A stretch of DNA of 64,000 nucleotides from an uncultured Flavobacteriales bacterium (GCA_964544885.1 CAZJDX010000004.1:100293-164292), one strand, 5' to 3'; positions 40,620 to 50,215 are shown, counted from the stretch's first letter. Notes: a model not told the origin generated them from the letters alone. Program-made: numbers and translations.

Positions 40620-41219
40620 TCAAAATTTTATCATCAGTGCCACACCTATATTCGCGCCCTCTAACAATAGTTCATAATCGCTTTTATTGCCGGAATTATC
40701 TTCGATTTCGCCATTCTTATACGTTAACGAATTATAGGCGGCATGTACATTGAATCCTATATGTTCTCCCGGGAAGAAATTAGCCCCAAGCACTGCCTGT
40801 AAATGTCCGCCGGTGGCATTAAACTCTCCCAGGTCGATCTTGTTTTTATAATTGAATTTCGAAAGGCCGTATTTGATGCCAAGCTGCATATTGAAAAAGC
40901 TGGATCTGAGAAAGTGATAGTTCAGCAGCAAACTGATATCGGTATTTGAAGCGGATGTTGAATCCTTATCACTTGCATATTTGTTCAGTCCGGCCTGCAA
41001 TCCTATTCCGATGTTATTGGTCAGACCGTATTCAATGCCAATGGGAATGATCCTGCTGACGGCATTATCCGTATTTTTTATTTCAGCGACCGGATCAAAT
41101 CCCTCGGTATCGTAAATGCCGAGGTCAATGCCTGCGGAAAGAATGAAATCACCTCTTTCAAAGCTTTGGGCATTGGAAATAAATGGCAATAAAATCAGGA
41201 GAAGCAGAATTCGTTTCAT
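40620..41219 (-). CDS. Small outer-membrane beta-barrel protein (OmpW/OmpA-like porin family)
   Basis: Signal peptide (MKRILLLLILLPFISNAQS), alternating amphipathic beta-strand pattern, a C-terminal Phe (…ALMIKF); 199 aa. Confidence 0.7.
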   Translation of the reverse strand: MKRILLLLILLPFISNAQSFERGDFILSAGIDLGIYDTEGFDPVAEIKNTDNAVSRIIPIGIEYGLTNNIGIGLQAGLNKYASDKDSTSASNTDISLLLNYHFLRSSFFNMQLGIKYGLSKFNYKNKIDLGEFNATGGHLQAVLGANFFPGEHIGFNVHAAYNSLTYKNGEIEDNSGNKSDYELLLEGANIGVALMIKF

Positions 41220-41318
41220 AAATGTTGGAGATTGAATGCTATAATTTTACAAGGAAGCGGTTAAAATTATTCTGATATACCTTTAGTTCATACCTTCACG
41301 CCGTAAATAAATGTTTAC

Positions 41319-41894
41319 ATGAATAAAACGGAAATTATCAAAGGAAATTTTACCGAAGCGGCCGAGCTTCTCAACAACTTTATTTCCTCCGCGGATAACC
41401 TGAGCAAGATAGCAAAGGCGGCGGAAATCATGTCTGAAGCCCTGAAAAAGGGAAATACGATCATCTCTTGTGGTAATGGAGGCAGCATGTGTGACGCCAT
41501 GCATTTTGCCGAAGAACTCAGTGGCCGTTTTCGTGAAAACCGCAAGGCGCTGGCTGCCGTCTCGATCTCGGATCCTTCTCATATCACCTGCGTGGCCAAT
41601 GATTACGGTTTCGATCAGGTGTTCTCGAGGTATATTCAGGCTGTGGGAAAGCAAGGGGATGTATTGCTGGCCATCAGTACGAGCGGGAATTCAAAGAATG
41701 TTCTGAATGCCATCAGTTCAGCCCGGGAGAAAAAAATGCATGTCGTCGGACTAACGGGAAAGAATGGAGGTAAGATGGCGGATCTTTGCGATGTTGAGAT
41801 CAGGGCTCCGCATTCTGAATACGCAGACCGGGCGCAGGAAATACACATTAAAGTGATTCATTCCCTGATTCAGGTTATCGAATCCGGTTTGTGA
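41319..41894 (+). CDS. gmhA: SIS-domain phosphoheptose isomerase (GmhA/DiaA family)
   Basis: 191 aa; SIS-fold motifs (…ISCGNGGSMCDAMHFAEEL…, …LLAISTSGNSKNV…) are characteristic of GmhA (sedoheptulose-7-phosphate isomerase). Confidence 0.75.
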   Translation: MNKTEIIKGNFTEAAELLNNFISSADNLSKIAKAAEIMSEALKKGNTIISCGNGGSMCDAMHFAEELSGRFRENRKALAAVSISDPSHITCVANDYGFDQVFSRYIQAVGKQGDVLLAISTSGNSKNVLNAISSAREKKMHVVGLTGKNGGKMADLCDVEIRAPHSEYADRAQEIHIKVIHSLIQVIESGL

Positions 41895-42038
41895 AAATAA
41901 TTTGAGCGCATATATTAATATATGCATGAAGTTAGATACAATAATCGGGCTTTAATACCGGCCTGATTTCATTCATCACAAGAGTATTATTCTGAAAAAA
42001 AATGACGCCTCGCGTCCTGAAATCGTATTGCCTGTAGT

Positions 42039-43577
42039 ATGCTGGTAAAAACTTATGGAAGCGCTGTTTACGGAGTACACGCCACCACCATTACGGTCGA
42101 GGTCAACCTGAGCAGCGGGGTCAATTTCATCCTTGTCGGATTGCCCGACAGTGCCGTGAAGGAAAGTCAGAAGCGAATAGTTGCCGCTCTTAATAATTGC
42201 GGCTATAAGTATCCTAAAAGAGAGATTACCGTGAATATGGCACCCGCGGATGTACGCAAGGAAGGTTCCGCCTATGACCTTACCATAGCGGTTGGGATAT
42301 TGGCCGCTTCCGCCCAGTTGCAGCAGGAGGAGCTGGATAAGTACATCATCATGGGAGAGCTCTCACTGGATGGCGGACTTCAACCAATCAGAGGGGTTCT
42401 TCCAATCGCTATTCAGGCAAGGGACGAGGGTTTTAAAGGTTTTATTCTCCCTATGCAGAATGCGAAGGAGGCAGCCATTGTGAACGACCTGAATATATAT
42501 GGTGTTGAAAATATTTCGGAGGTGCTTGATTTTTTTAACGGCATCAGGGAGTTGCAAACTGTTAAAGTGGATGCGGTGAGTATTTTCCGGGAAAGCCAGG
42601 GTAGGTCTGAATTTGATTTCTCGGATGTAAAGGGGCAGGAGAATATCAAAAGAGCCATGGAGGTTGCCGCCGCCGGAGGGCACAACATTATTCTGATCGG
42701 TCCGCCCGGTGCCGGAAAGACCATGCTTGCCAAGAGGCTGCCAACAATTTTGCCCCCACTAACGCTGGAGGAAGCGCTCGAAACAACTAAGATCCATTCA
42801 GTGGCTGGTAAGCTGGGCAAGGAGTCATCCATGATCTCGGTTCGGCCCTTTCGCGCTCCGCATCACACCATCAGTGATGTGGCACTGGTTGGAGGAGGTA
42901 CCTTTCCTCAGCCCGGAGAGATTTCGTTAGCACATCACGGAGTATTGTTTCTGGACGAACTGCCTGAGTTTAAACGAACGGTGCTGGAAGTGATGCGTCA
43001 GCCACTTGAGGAAAGAACGGTTACGATTTCGCGGGCGAAGTTTTCCATAGAGTACCCGGCCAGCTTCATGCTGGTCAGTTCCATGAATCCATGCCCTTGC
43101 GGTTTCTATAATCATCCTGAGAAGGATTGTGTATGTGGAGTAGGTGTTGTACAGAAATACCTCAATAAAATTTCCGGACCCTTGCTCGACCGGATCGATA
43201 TTCATGTGGAAGTAACTCCGGTTCCATTCAGGGAGCTGACCAGGGACAGAAAGTCAGAGAGAAGTGAAGCTATCCGGCAAAGGGTAGTCTCGGCGCGACA
43301 GTTGCAGGCGGAACGTTTCTCCGGTCATGAAGGCGTGTATTGCAATGCACAAATGAATTCAAGGATGCTGCAGGAAATCTGTCAGATCACTGAAGAAGGG
43401 AAACAATTACTTAAAACCGCTATGGAACGATTGGGATTATCAGCCAGAGCCTACGACAGGATATTAAAGGTCTCCCGGACGATTGCTGACCTGCAATCAA
43501 GCGCGGATATTAAAACAGAACACCTGGCAGAAGCGATACAGTACCGGAGCCTGGACAGAGAAGGATGGGCGGGCTAA
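42039..43577 (+). CDS. comM: YifB/ComM-family Mg-chelatase-like AAA+ ATPase
   Basis: N-terminal Lon-protease-like domain (MLVKTYGSAVYGVHATTITVEV…), Walker A (LIGPPGAGKTMLAKRL), Walker B/sensor region (GVLFLDELPEF) and a C-terminal ChlI-like domain; 512 aa. Confidence 0.92.
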   Translation: MLVKTYGSAVYGVHATTITVEVNLSSGVNFILVGLPDSAVKESQKRIVAALNNCGYKYPKREITVNMAPADVRKEGSAYDLTIAVGILAASAQLQQEELDKYIIMGELSLDGGLQPIRGVLPIAIQARDEGFKGFILPMQNAKEAAIVNDLNIYGVENISEVLDFFNGIRELQTVKVDAVSIFRESQGRSEFDFSDVKGQENIKRAMEVAAAGGHNIILIGPPGAGKTMLAKRLPTILPPLTLEEALETTKIHSVAGKLGKESSMISVRPFRAPHHTISDVALVGGGTFPQPGEISLAHHGVLFLDELPEFKRTVLEVMRQPLEERTVTISRAKFSIEYPASFMLVSSMNPCPCGFYNHPEKDCVCGVGVVQKYLNKISGPLLDRIDIHVEVTPVPFRELTRDRKSERSEAIRQRVVSARQLQAERFSGHEGVYCNAQMNSRMLQEICQITEEGKQLLKTAMERLGLSARAYDRILKVSRTIADLQSSADIKTEHLAEAIQYRSLDREGWAG

Positions 43578-43702
43578 GGTTGCGGAAGGGCGGAAACCGA
43601 AGTTTTCCGGAGCCGGGATCAGGTTTTTGAGTGAGTTATAAAGTGTTGAATAAGCAGAGAGTTAAAACACAAAAATGCATAGAGAAAGATGTTTTATTTA
43701 TC

Positions 43703-44449
43703 CTACCAGTTTTTTTCGAGGTAGGCTAAAAATGGTTCTTTGCGCCGGGTGGAAACTTCAATTTGTTTGTTATCCGAAAGTGTGACGAAACCACCTTTTC
43801 CCCGATTGTAGCTTTTAATAAAGCGGGTATTTATAAGGTGTGAATTATGTACCCTGAAGAAACCGTGATCCGTGAGTAATTCCTCAAATTCTTTTAAAGT
43901 TTTGGCAACCATAATTTTGGATTGATCCTTTAAAAAAATGTGAGTGTAGTTTATTTCGCTTTCAAGTCTTACAATTTCATCTGTATTCAGATAGGTATAA
44001 CCGGTTAAAGTCGGTACCGCTATCCGTTTGGATGTATGATGAATATTATGAATCAGTGTTTCAAATTTCCTGGTTTTTTCAATTTCAGAAATCCTTTTGC
44101 TAAGTTTTCCGACAGCGCCGGAGAGGTCTCCCGCATCCACAGGTTTCATCAGATAATCAATGGCGCTAAATCTGAATGCCTGAACTGCATACTTCTCAAA
44201 GGCAGTAGTAAAGATTACCTCAAAGTTTATTTCTTTAAACTGCTGAAGCAGATCAAACCCGGTTCCGTCGCTCATAGAAACGTCCAAAAAAATAAGTTCG
44301 GGTTTCAGTCTTTCAATACCATTTTTTGCGTCTTTAACATTTTTAAAACTATCCATCAGCAGAATGCTCTGCTTACAGTTCTCTTCAAGCAACCTGCTGA
44401 GACGGTCAATGCAGTGTTGTTCATCGTCTATGATTATTGTTCGTATCAT
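43703..44449 (-). CDS. LytTR-family two-component response regulator (REC + LytTR DNA-binding domain)
   Basis: REC domain (IIDDE…FLDVSMSDGTGFDLL…) followed by a LytTR domain (…IVRLESEINYTHIF…FRVHNSHLIN…). Confidence 0.9.
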   Translation of the reverse strand: MIRTIIIDDEQHCIDRLSRLLEENCKQSILLMDSFKNVKDAKNGIERLKPELIFLDVSMSDGTGFDLLQQFKEINFEVIFTTAFEKYAVQAFRFSAIDYLMKPVDAGDLSGAVGKLSKRISEIEKTRKFETLIHNIHHTSKRIAVPTLTGYTYLNTDEIVRLESEINYTHIFLKDQSKIMVAKTLKEFEELLTDHGFFRVHNSHLINTRFIKSYNRGKGGFVTLSDNKQIEVSTRRKEPFLAYLEKNW

Positions 44450-44460
44450 TATCCGGAATA

Positions 44461-46557
44461 TTAAAAGTTGCTGATGAGCGGAAGTTTTACTTCTACACGC
44501 AATCCTTCAGTTAGATTGGAAAAATTTATTTCTGCAGCAGATTTTTTAATTTTGTTAAGAATATCAATTCGTGCCTGGGTTATTTTCATGCCCATTGAAG
44601 ATTTTTCATGAGCGGAGGTGGTTTGCGAAAAATTTCCTAAACCGGGACCATTATCATCCACCCTGCATTTTATCATATTTCCTTCCCGCACAATACTTAT
44701 GTTGATCCTGCCTTCCGTTTTTTCCTTATTGGCAATACCATGCCAAATGCTGTTTTCAACAAAAGGTTGCAGAATCAGAGGAGGGATCATCGTATTTTCA
44801 GTATCAATTTCAGAATCTACGTATATGGTATAGCTGAATTTATTTTGAAGCCGCATTGCCTCCAGTTGAATGTAATTTTCTAAGGCTTTCAAGTCTTTAC
44901 TTAATGTAATTTCTTTCGATTCTGAATTTTCCAGGATCTGGCGGATAAGGGTTGCAAATTTTACAAGGTATGTATCTGCGCTCTTGGTGTCATTTTTATT
45001 TATATAATCGCTTATTGAATTCAAAGAATTAAAAATAAAATGCGGATTCATTTGCGCTCGCAGGGCTTTCATCTCCGTACTGGTTACCTCTGCATTGAAT
45101 TCAGCTTCTTTCTTTTCAAACATGGCATCGCGACGTTTTTTGTACGACACAAAAATACCTGTTCCGGCCAGTAAGATGAGCATGCTGCCTGCAATGGAAT
45201 AATTACGGATCATTTGTTCTTTTTCGATTTGTGCACTTGAAATAGCCTGTTGCTTATCGCTTTCAGCCATAATCAAAGCTTCTTTTTTATCAAATCGAAA
45301 CTGCGTTTCCATTTTAATGATATCCGTTTGCTTATCAATATTGAAAACACTGTCTTTCAGGCTGGAATATTGCATTGCGAATTCATAAGCCTGTTGATAG
45401 TCCTTTTTCCTGTAGAATAGTGTACTCAGGCTTTCGGTTATTTCCGCTTGCAGAGCAACATTACCTGTATTTCTTAAAATTTCCAGTGCATTTTGTTTAA
45501 GACGTATTGCTTTTGTGGATGAATCCTGAATTTTGAATTTTCTTAGCAAGGATAATGGTGCCTTTGAATAAATAGTTCCGATTTCATGCAGCATAAAGGC
45601 AGTGTTGATTTTGTCACCCAGCTCATCGAATACCTTATATGCTTTAGTTAAGTAATCCAAAGCATTCTCAAGCTCAAGCCGGTTGCTTAGTAGTATTCCA
45701 ATGTTAGCCATGTTGCTGGCTGTTCCGAACCGGTAATTTGCTCTTTGATTTATGCTTAAAGCGTTCTGATAACTTTTCAAGGCATTCTCAGCCTCATTTA
45801 TACTCTCGTAAATATTTCCTAAATTGTTAAAGCATTTGGCAAGATTAATATCATCTTCGGTCCTTGTGTAAATTTTAACTGCATTTTGCTGATATTCAAT
45901 TGCCTTTTTAAAATTTCCGGTGTTTTTAAAGAGGATTCCGATATTGGAATAAGTATTTGCAATATTATTACTGTCAGAGGCATTTTCATATAATTTCAAG
46001 GAACGTAAGTAATATTCAAGAGCTGTTTCATAGTCTGACATATTCATATATACAACTCCGATATTGCTCAAGATAGCCGCCTGAAGAACGGAATTTCCCA
46101 GTTCAACCTGAAGAGCAAAGGCAGTTTGATAACTTTTCAATGCTGATGAATAATCCGACAAGTTAGAGTGGCAGATTCCTGTATTTGTCGCGATACTCGC
46201 ACATGCCTGTAGTCTGCCATTCTTTTCGTTAATCGAATACGATATTTTGTAATATTCAATGGCCAGCGAGTCTTTTCCTGCCTTAGCATAATTGTATGCT
46301 TTAGCAAAATATGCCGTTGCCAGCTTTGGTTCATGTTTGATTTTTGTTGTCAAACTAATGGATGAATCGGCATAGAGTATACCGGTCTCCGGATCAAAGT
46401 CAGCATAACTCAACGAAATGTTGTTCAGGACAGTGGCACGGACGGAATCTGACTGGGTATGCTCCTTGAGTAGTAGGAGAAGTGAATCAATTTCTGCCTG
46501 ATTCGCAAACGTGTAATTCATAAGAAAAAGACAGAGAATAATAATTAAATTTTTCAT
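44461..46557 (-). CDS. Sensor histidine kinase of LytS/YehU type (His_kinase 5TM-less form) with a periplasmic/extracytoplasmic TPR-repeat sensor region. Operon partner of the LytTR regulator.
   Basis: Signal peptide, about 8 TPR-like repeats (repeated A..Y…A..Y hydrophobic patterns), one TM, then the His_kinase motif (NPHFIFNSLNSISDYI) and HATPase_c (…ISIVREGNMIKCRVDDNGPG…). The stop/start spacing to the response regulator is 12 nt. Confidence 0.88.
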   Translation of the reverse strand: MKNLIIILCLFLMNYTFANQAEIDSLLLLLKEHTQSDSVRATVLNNISLSYADFDPETGILYADSSISLTTKIKHEPKLATAYFAKAYNYAKAGKDSLAIEYYKISYSINEKNGRLQACASIATNTGICHSNLSDYSSALKSYQTAFALQVELGNSVLQAAILSNIGVVYMNMSDYETALEYYLRSLKLYENASDSNNIANTYSNIGILFKNTGNFKKAIEYQQNAVKIYTRTEDDINLAKCFNNLGNIYESINEAENALKSYQNALSINQRANYRFGTASNMANIGILLSNRLELENALDYLTKAYKVFDELGDKINTAFMLHEIGTIYSKAPLSLLRKFKIQDSSTKAIRLKQNALEILRNTGNVALQAEITESLSTLFYRKKDYQQAYEFAMQYSSLKDSVFNIDKQTDIIKMETQFRFDKKEALIMAESDKQQAISSAQIEKEQMIRNYSIAGSMLILLAGTGIFVSYKKRRDAMFEKKEAEFNAEVTSTEMKALRAQMNPHFIFNSLNSISDYINKNDTKSADTYLVKFATLIRQILENSESKEITLSKDLKALENYIQLEAMRLQNKFSYTIYVDSEIDTENTMIPPLILQPFVENSIWHGIANKEKTEGRINISIVREGNMIKCRVDDNGPGLGNFSQTTSAHEKSSMGMKITQARIDILNKIKKSAAEINFSNLTEGLRVEVKLPLISNF

Positions 46558-46693
46558 TTAAGTCGAAGTAAGTTGATGGACAATGCAAGAGTTGTAAATT
46601 ATGCAAAATATAAGTTCTTTCCGGCAGAAAATAAATAGCGATTGCCAGCGGGTTTAACCTGCCCTAGGTTTACCGGATACAAAGCTTATCAAA

Positions 46694-46897
46694 ATGTGTC
46701 TGTCTGTTAGAGTATCCAAAAGAGAAAAGCAGGTATTATTTCTGATTGCATCAGGCAAAACAAGCGGGGAAATTGGACTTTTACTCAACATCAGTATAAA
46801 AACTGTTGAAACACATCGAAAAAACCTGCTCATCAGATTTAATGCTTCCAATGCCTGCCACTTGATATACAAAGCTGTAAAATGTGGTATTATTTAA
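46694..46897 (+). CDS. Standalone LuxR/GerE-type helix-turn-helix transcription regulator (67 aa, no receiver domain)
   Basis: Matches the LuxR C-terminal HTH consensus along its length: LSxREKQVLxLIASGKTSGEIGLLLNISIKTVETHRKNLLIRF…. Divergent from the LytTR two-component operon and followed by about 510 bp with no ORF. Confidence 0.55.
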   Translation: MCLSVRVSKREKQVLFLIASGKTSGEIGLLLNISIKTVETHRKNLLIRFNASNACHLIYKAVKCGII

Positions 46898-47407
46898 AAT
46901 TTTCGACGAATTAAAGCGGCTATGAATTTTTGTATATGAAGTACCATGTTTTTCCAACAGGGCTAAAATAGTAAGATTTCTTTTCGTTTTCAGCCAAATA
47001 CTGTTTTCTGACAAATTGAATGTATTGGCTGGAAACGCAGAGATCACAAATTTTCTGAACCACTATACAGGCTTACTATTCTATTGATATTCCAATTTCA
47101 GGGTTTTCAGGTATTGTTTGCAAAGTTTATTGATTCAATCTTTGGGCAATAATGTTTTGTATTTGTAACATCCTCCTGTATGATTGCAAGCAAAGTGACA
47201 TGCCTTTAGAATTTCAGCTCGTTTTCTAAAACAGCAAAGCTGCCGAAATTGAGATATCCTTGATTTTAAGCTTAAAAATGTGTTTTTGTATCCGGATTAT
47301 GCAGATGGTTTTTATGCTGTTTATTTCATAGATCCTTTGGGTATAGCAGAAAATAAGTGGAGACTGGCAATTAATAAATACAGATTGATGCCGGATTGGG
47401 TAGGGTT

Positions 47408-47415
47408 TAGTTTTG
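47408..47415 (+). promoter_or_regulatory. Candidate Bacteroidota -7 box TAGTTTTG (TAnnTTTG), with an ATTG about 20 nt upstream, positioned about 40 nt before the likely true lipoprotein start at 47455
   Basis: Read directly: …cagATTGatgccggattgggtagggttTAGTTTTGaccc…. Confidence 0.3.
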
Positions 47416-48075
47416 ACCCATGATTTTAAAAACAACTCTAAAAACCACACTCTCATGAAAACGACAAGCACAATCACCCTAATCCTGCTTACCCTGATTC
47501 TGACTATTCTTTCTTCCTGCAGAAAGGATGATGAAACTCAACCAAAGAATAAAGCACCCGGACCGAACTATCCTGCTAATCCCAATAACCCGACTATCAT
47601 TAACGGAACGGACTATGTGGAATTCAAACTGGACGGAAATCAAATTATACTTAATAATTTCTCCTATACCCCGCCTGCTTTTAGTGTCGGAATTGCTTCC
47701 ATTTTGAGTGAACCGGTGATACCATTGTATCAGTTTATCGGACAATTTCATAGTCTTCCGGGTTCAGAAATGAGTTATGTTTTGATGAATCTTTCTGATA
47801 CGGTTCCACTAATTCTTGGCCGACATGATTTTCAGGGCTATAGTGTTTATAGACGATTTTCACTGAGTTTGATCACTAAAGACGGAAATTTTTTACTCCC
47901 TGATGGAAACTGTATCAGCAACATAGAATTCAGCAGGCTGGATACGATTGACGAAGGAAAGGTGGAGGGTACATTTAGTTTGTCAAACCTGAATCTACAG
48001 GACGCTGATGAAAACATTATATCCAGAAATCATTCAATTAATGATGGTAAGTTCAGTTTGACCCTGAAGAAATAA
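47413..48075 (+). CDS. Lipoprotein of unknown function (paralog A). The track start is a TTG; the likely true start is the ATG at 47455 (MKTTSTITLILLTLILTILSSC, lipobox LSSC).
   Basis: Signal peptide ending in a lipobox Cys; shares blocks with the next ORF (NGxDYVEFKLDGNQI and EGTFSLSNLNLQDADENIISRNHSINDGKFSLTLKK). Confidence 0.65.
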   Translation: MTHDFKNNSKNHTLMKTTSTITLILLTLILTILSSCRKDDETQPKNKAPGPNYPANPNNPTIINGTDYVEFKLDGNQIILNNFSYTPPAFSVGIASILSEPVIPLYQFIGQFHSLPGSEMSYVLMNLSDTVPLILGRHDFQGYSVYRRFSLSLITKDGNFLLPDGNCISNIEFSRLDTIDEGKVEGTFSLSNLNLQDADENIISRNHSINDGKFSLTLKK

Positions 48076-48101
48076 TCTAACGAATATTAAACCACCAAAA
48101 A

Positions 48102-48671
48102 ATGAAAACTTTATCTCACTTTATGGTATTCTTTATTCTTCTGTTTGTATCGGCATCGTGTCAGAAAGAAGATGCTACCAGTCCGGCAATACCACCGGTT
48201 GTTAACGGCGAATTTATTGAGTTCAGAATTGATGGCCATCAATATAAAATAACAGGATCCACAGCAGGAGGCACGGTGAATGCTGATGCCGCAGCTATGT
48301 TGTTTGATTCCGGATTCCAGAAAGGGCTGGTATTTCGCTTTGTCAACATGGATCCGCTTCAAATGGTTGGTTTCACCGTTTACGACCTGACTTTCCCAAT
48401 GGGGAATCGGTATACTATTTCAGCTGATCCAAATCAGACAAATCCGTATAATCCAAGTGAATTTGGCTTTATTATGGAAGACGAAAGACAATATATTTTC
48501 TCTCTTGCTACAACAGGAAGTTTCGAATTTACCAGTATTGATAGTGTAGTTGGTGGAATTGTGGAAGGTACCATGCACCTTACGAACCTTGATCTCACTG
48601 ATGAGAATGGGGACGTTATTTCTTCAGGACATACATTGACAAATGGAAAATTTAGAGTGATAATTCAATAA
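48102..48671 (+). CDS. Lipoprotein of unknown function (paralog B), tandem duplicate of the preceding gene
   Basis: MKTLSHFMVFFILLFVSASC lipobox. Conserved blocks NGEFIEFRIDGHQYKI and EGTMHLTNLDLTDENGDVISSGHTLTNGKFRVIIQ align with paralog A. Confidence 0.7.
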   Translation: MKTLSHFMVFFILLFVSASCQKEDATSPAIPPVVNGEFIEFRIDGHQYKITGSTAGGTVNADAAAMLFDSGFQKGLVFRFVNMDPLQMVGFTVYDLTFPMGNRYTISADPNQTNPYNPSEFGFIMEDERQYIFSLATTGSFEFTSIDSVVGGIVEGTMHLTNLDLTDENGDVISSGHTLTNGKFRVIIQ

Positions 48672-48826
48672 AATGAATGAATTCCTGTCCTCTACATTAG
48701 TATGGAGATTAAATAGGGAAAAATCAATTGGCGATTCCGAAAAATATTGTACTTATTACTTGAACTTACAAATTAATATATATATTTGGAATTTCCGATT
48801 AATATTCACATTTAAAACCAATTAAC

Positions 48827-50215
48827 ATGAAATACATTTTTAGCATCATCATAGTCTCATTTCTCTCCCTTGCTGCTGATGCTCAGTCCTTAAGCCCGGA
48901 GGCTGAGTTTCTCTTCAGGGATGTAAAAACGAATCTCTCCATTGCAGAAAAAAATGAAATAGCCAAATCGGCCGGAACACTTTCGAAAGACAGATCTACC
49001 TTTCAGTACATAGATCCCGATTTAGATGAACCGATTGATATTGGGACTTCCGTTTCTATTTATGATTTCAACAAGGATGGCATTGAAGAAGTTGTGTTGT
49101 CAACAAGCAGTTCATACTTATATGGGAATACAGGTGAAGGGTTTGAATTACTTGTGAAAGGGATGGCCAATGCGTATCAATCGGTTTTAAACTTGCCAGG
49201 CATACCTGAATTTGAGCAGAGTTCGGGTAAACAGTATCCCGATATTACTATCGGGGGTCCGGGTTTTGTTTTTCCGGTTTATGGATGGAATGGAAAAAGC
49301 TATGAAATTGTAGGGGAGGTTAAAGAGGGTGGGTTTAAAGTCAATAATGAAGTTGCTGATGTTGCATCATCCAATGTACATAAGGAAAATGACCTACAGG
49401 GATCTTCAGGAATGGAAAGTGTTTCAGAGCAATTGTCACCACCGGCAAATATGCTCTTCCATAATGTGATGTCTAATCTTACAAATGCTGAGAAAAACAT
49501 GATTGCCATGCTGTCCCAGGTTTCTCCTCAGGATACGCTGGAGAAAACAAAGAAGGGAAGATCAAAAACGGAATACGATGTTTATCCGGTTGATTTCAAC
49601 CGTGACGGAAGCGATGAAATATTCCTGCGCGTGACAAACCTTCTCCTGGGTTTACCTACGTATAATTATTCTTTCTACGCGAAGGATCATTCGGGGAATT
49701 ACAAACCCGCCCCGGGGAAGATTGGCCCTGCGGTCCGGATTATGCTCAATGGAAAGCAAGGCTTTCCCGATTTAATCAAAGGTGTTGCCGGTTTCTCACG
49801 AGAAATATGGATATGGAATGGCAGCAACTATGCAATTGCGCAAAAGCTGGACCCGGATGCAAAAGTAGCTACAGAACTAATGAATGTTGAGGATGCGAAC
49901 AAGTATTATAGCTCCCACAGCAACGTTAAGGGATCCAATACCGCGTTCAACCATTTTAACGGCGAATGGTACAGCCATGATTATAAATATTCATTTCGTA
50001 TCAATGGAAAGGAGGGAGTGGCAACCTTGTCGAACTCTCCAAATTACAGAGTTGGTGATCTCATGTTGCGTATTGATTCTTTCGATGGCGCCCTCTATCA
50101 CGGACAGCAAATATTTACCGATGGGAAATGGCATAATGTTACCATGCAATTACTGCCCAATGAAATTGTAATGAAAGGGAGCGGATATAACTGGAAGATG
50201 GTGCGGACAAGGTGA
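48827..50215 (+). CDS. Secreted protein with an internal duplication of a ~150-aa module carrying FG-GAP/VCBS-like DxNxDGxxE Ca-binding-type motifs
   Basis: Signal peptide MKYIFSIIIVSFLSLAADAQS. Repeat 1 (LSPEAEFLFRDVKTNLSIAEKNEIAKSAG…YDFNKDGIEEVVL…WNGKSYEIV) aligns with repeat 2 (LSPPANMLFHNVMSNLTNAEKNMIAMLSQ…VDFNRDGSDEIFL…WNGSNYAIA). Confidence 0.65.
   Translation: MKYIFSIIIVSFLSLAADAQSLSPEAEFLFRDVKTNLSIAEKNEIAKSAGTLSKDRSTFQYIDPDLDEPIDIGTSVSIYDFNKDGIEEVVLSTSSSYLYGNTGEGFELLVKGMANAYQSVLNLPGIPEFEQSSGKQYPDITIGGPGFVFPVYGWNGKSYEIVGEVKEGGFKVNNEVADVASSNVHKENDLQGSSGMESVSEQLSPPANMLFHNVMSNLTNAEKNMIAMLSQVSPQDTLEKTKKGRSKTEYDVYPVDFNRDGSDEIFLRVTNLLLGLPTYNYSFYAKDHSGNYKPAPGKIGPAVRIMLNGKQGFPDLIKGVAGFSREIWIWNGSNYAIAQKLDPDAKVATELMNVEDANKYYSSHSNVKGSNTAFNHFNGEWYSHDYKYSFRINGKEGVATLSNSPNYRVGDLMLRIDSFDGALYHGQQIFTDGKWHNVTMQLLPNEIVMKGSGYNWKMVRTR

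Noticed and set aside
40382-40753. 123-aa + strand ORF between murB and the OMP gene
   Set aside because: It reads straight through a strong intrinsic terminator and into the antisense of the OMP gene. It is Arg/Tyr/His-rich, low-complexity sequence.
41283-41654. 123-aa minus-strand ORF antisense to gmhA
   Set aside because: gmhA has clear SIS-domain motifs. The antisense frame has none.
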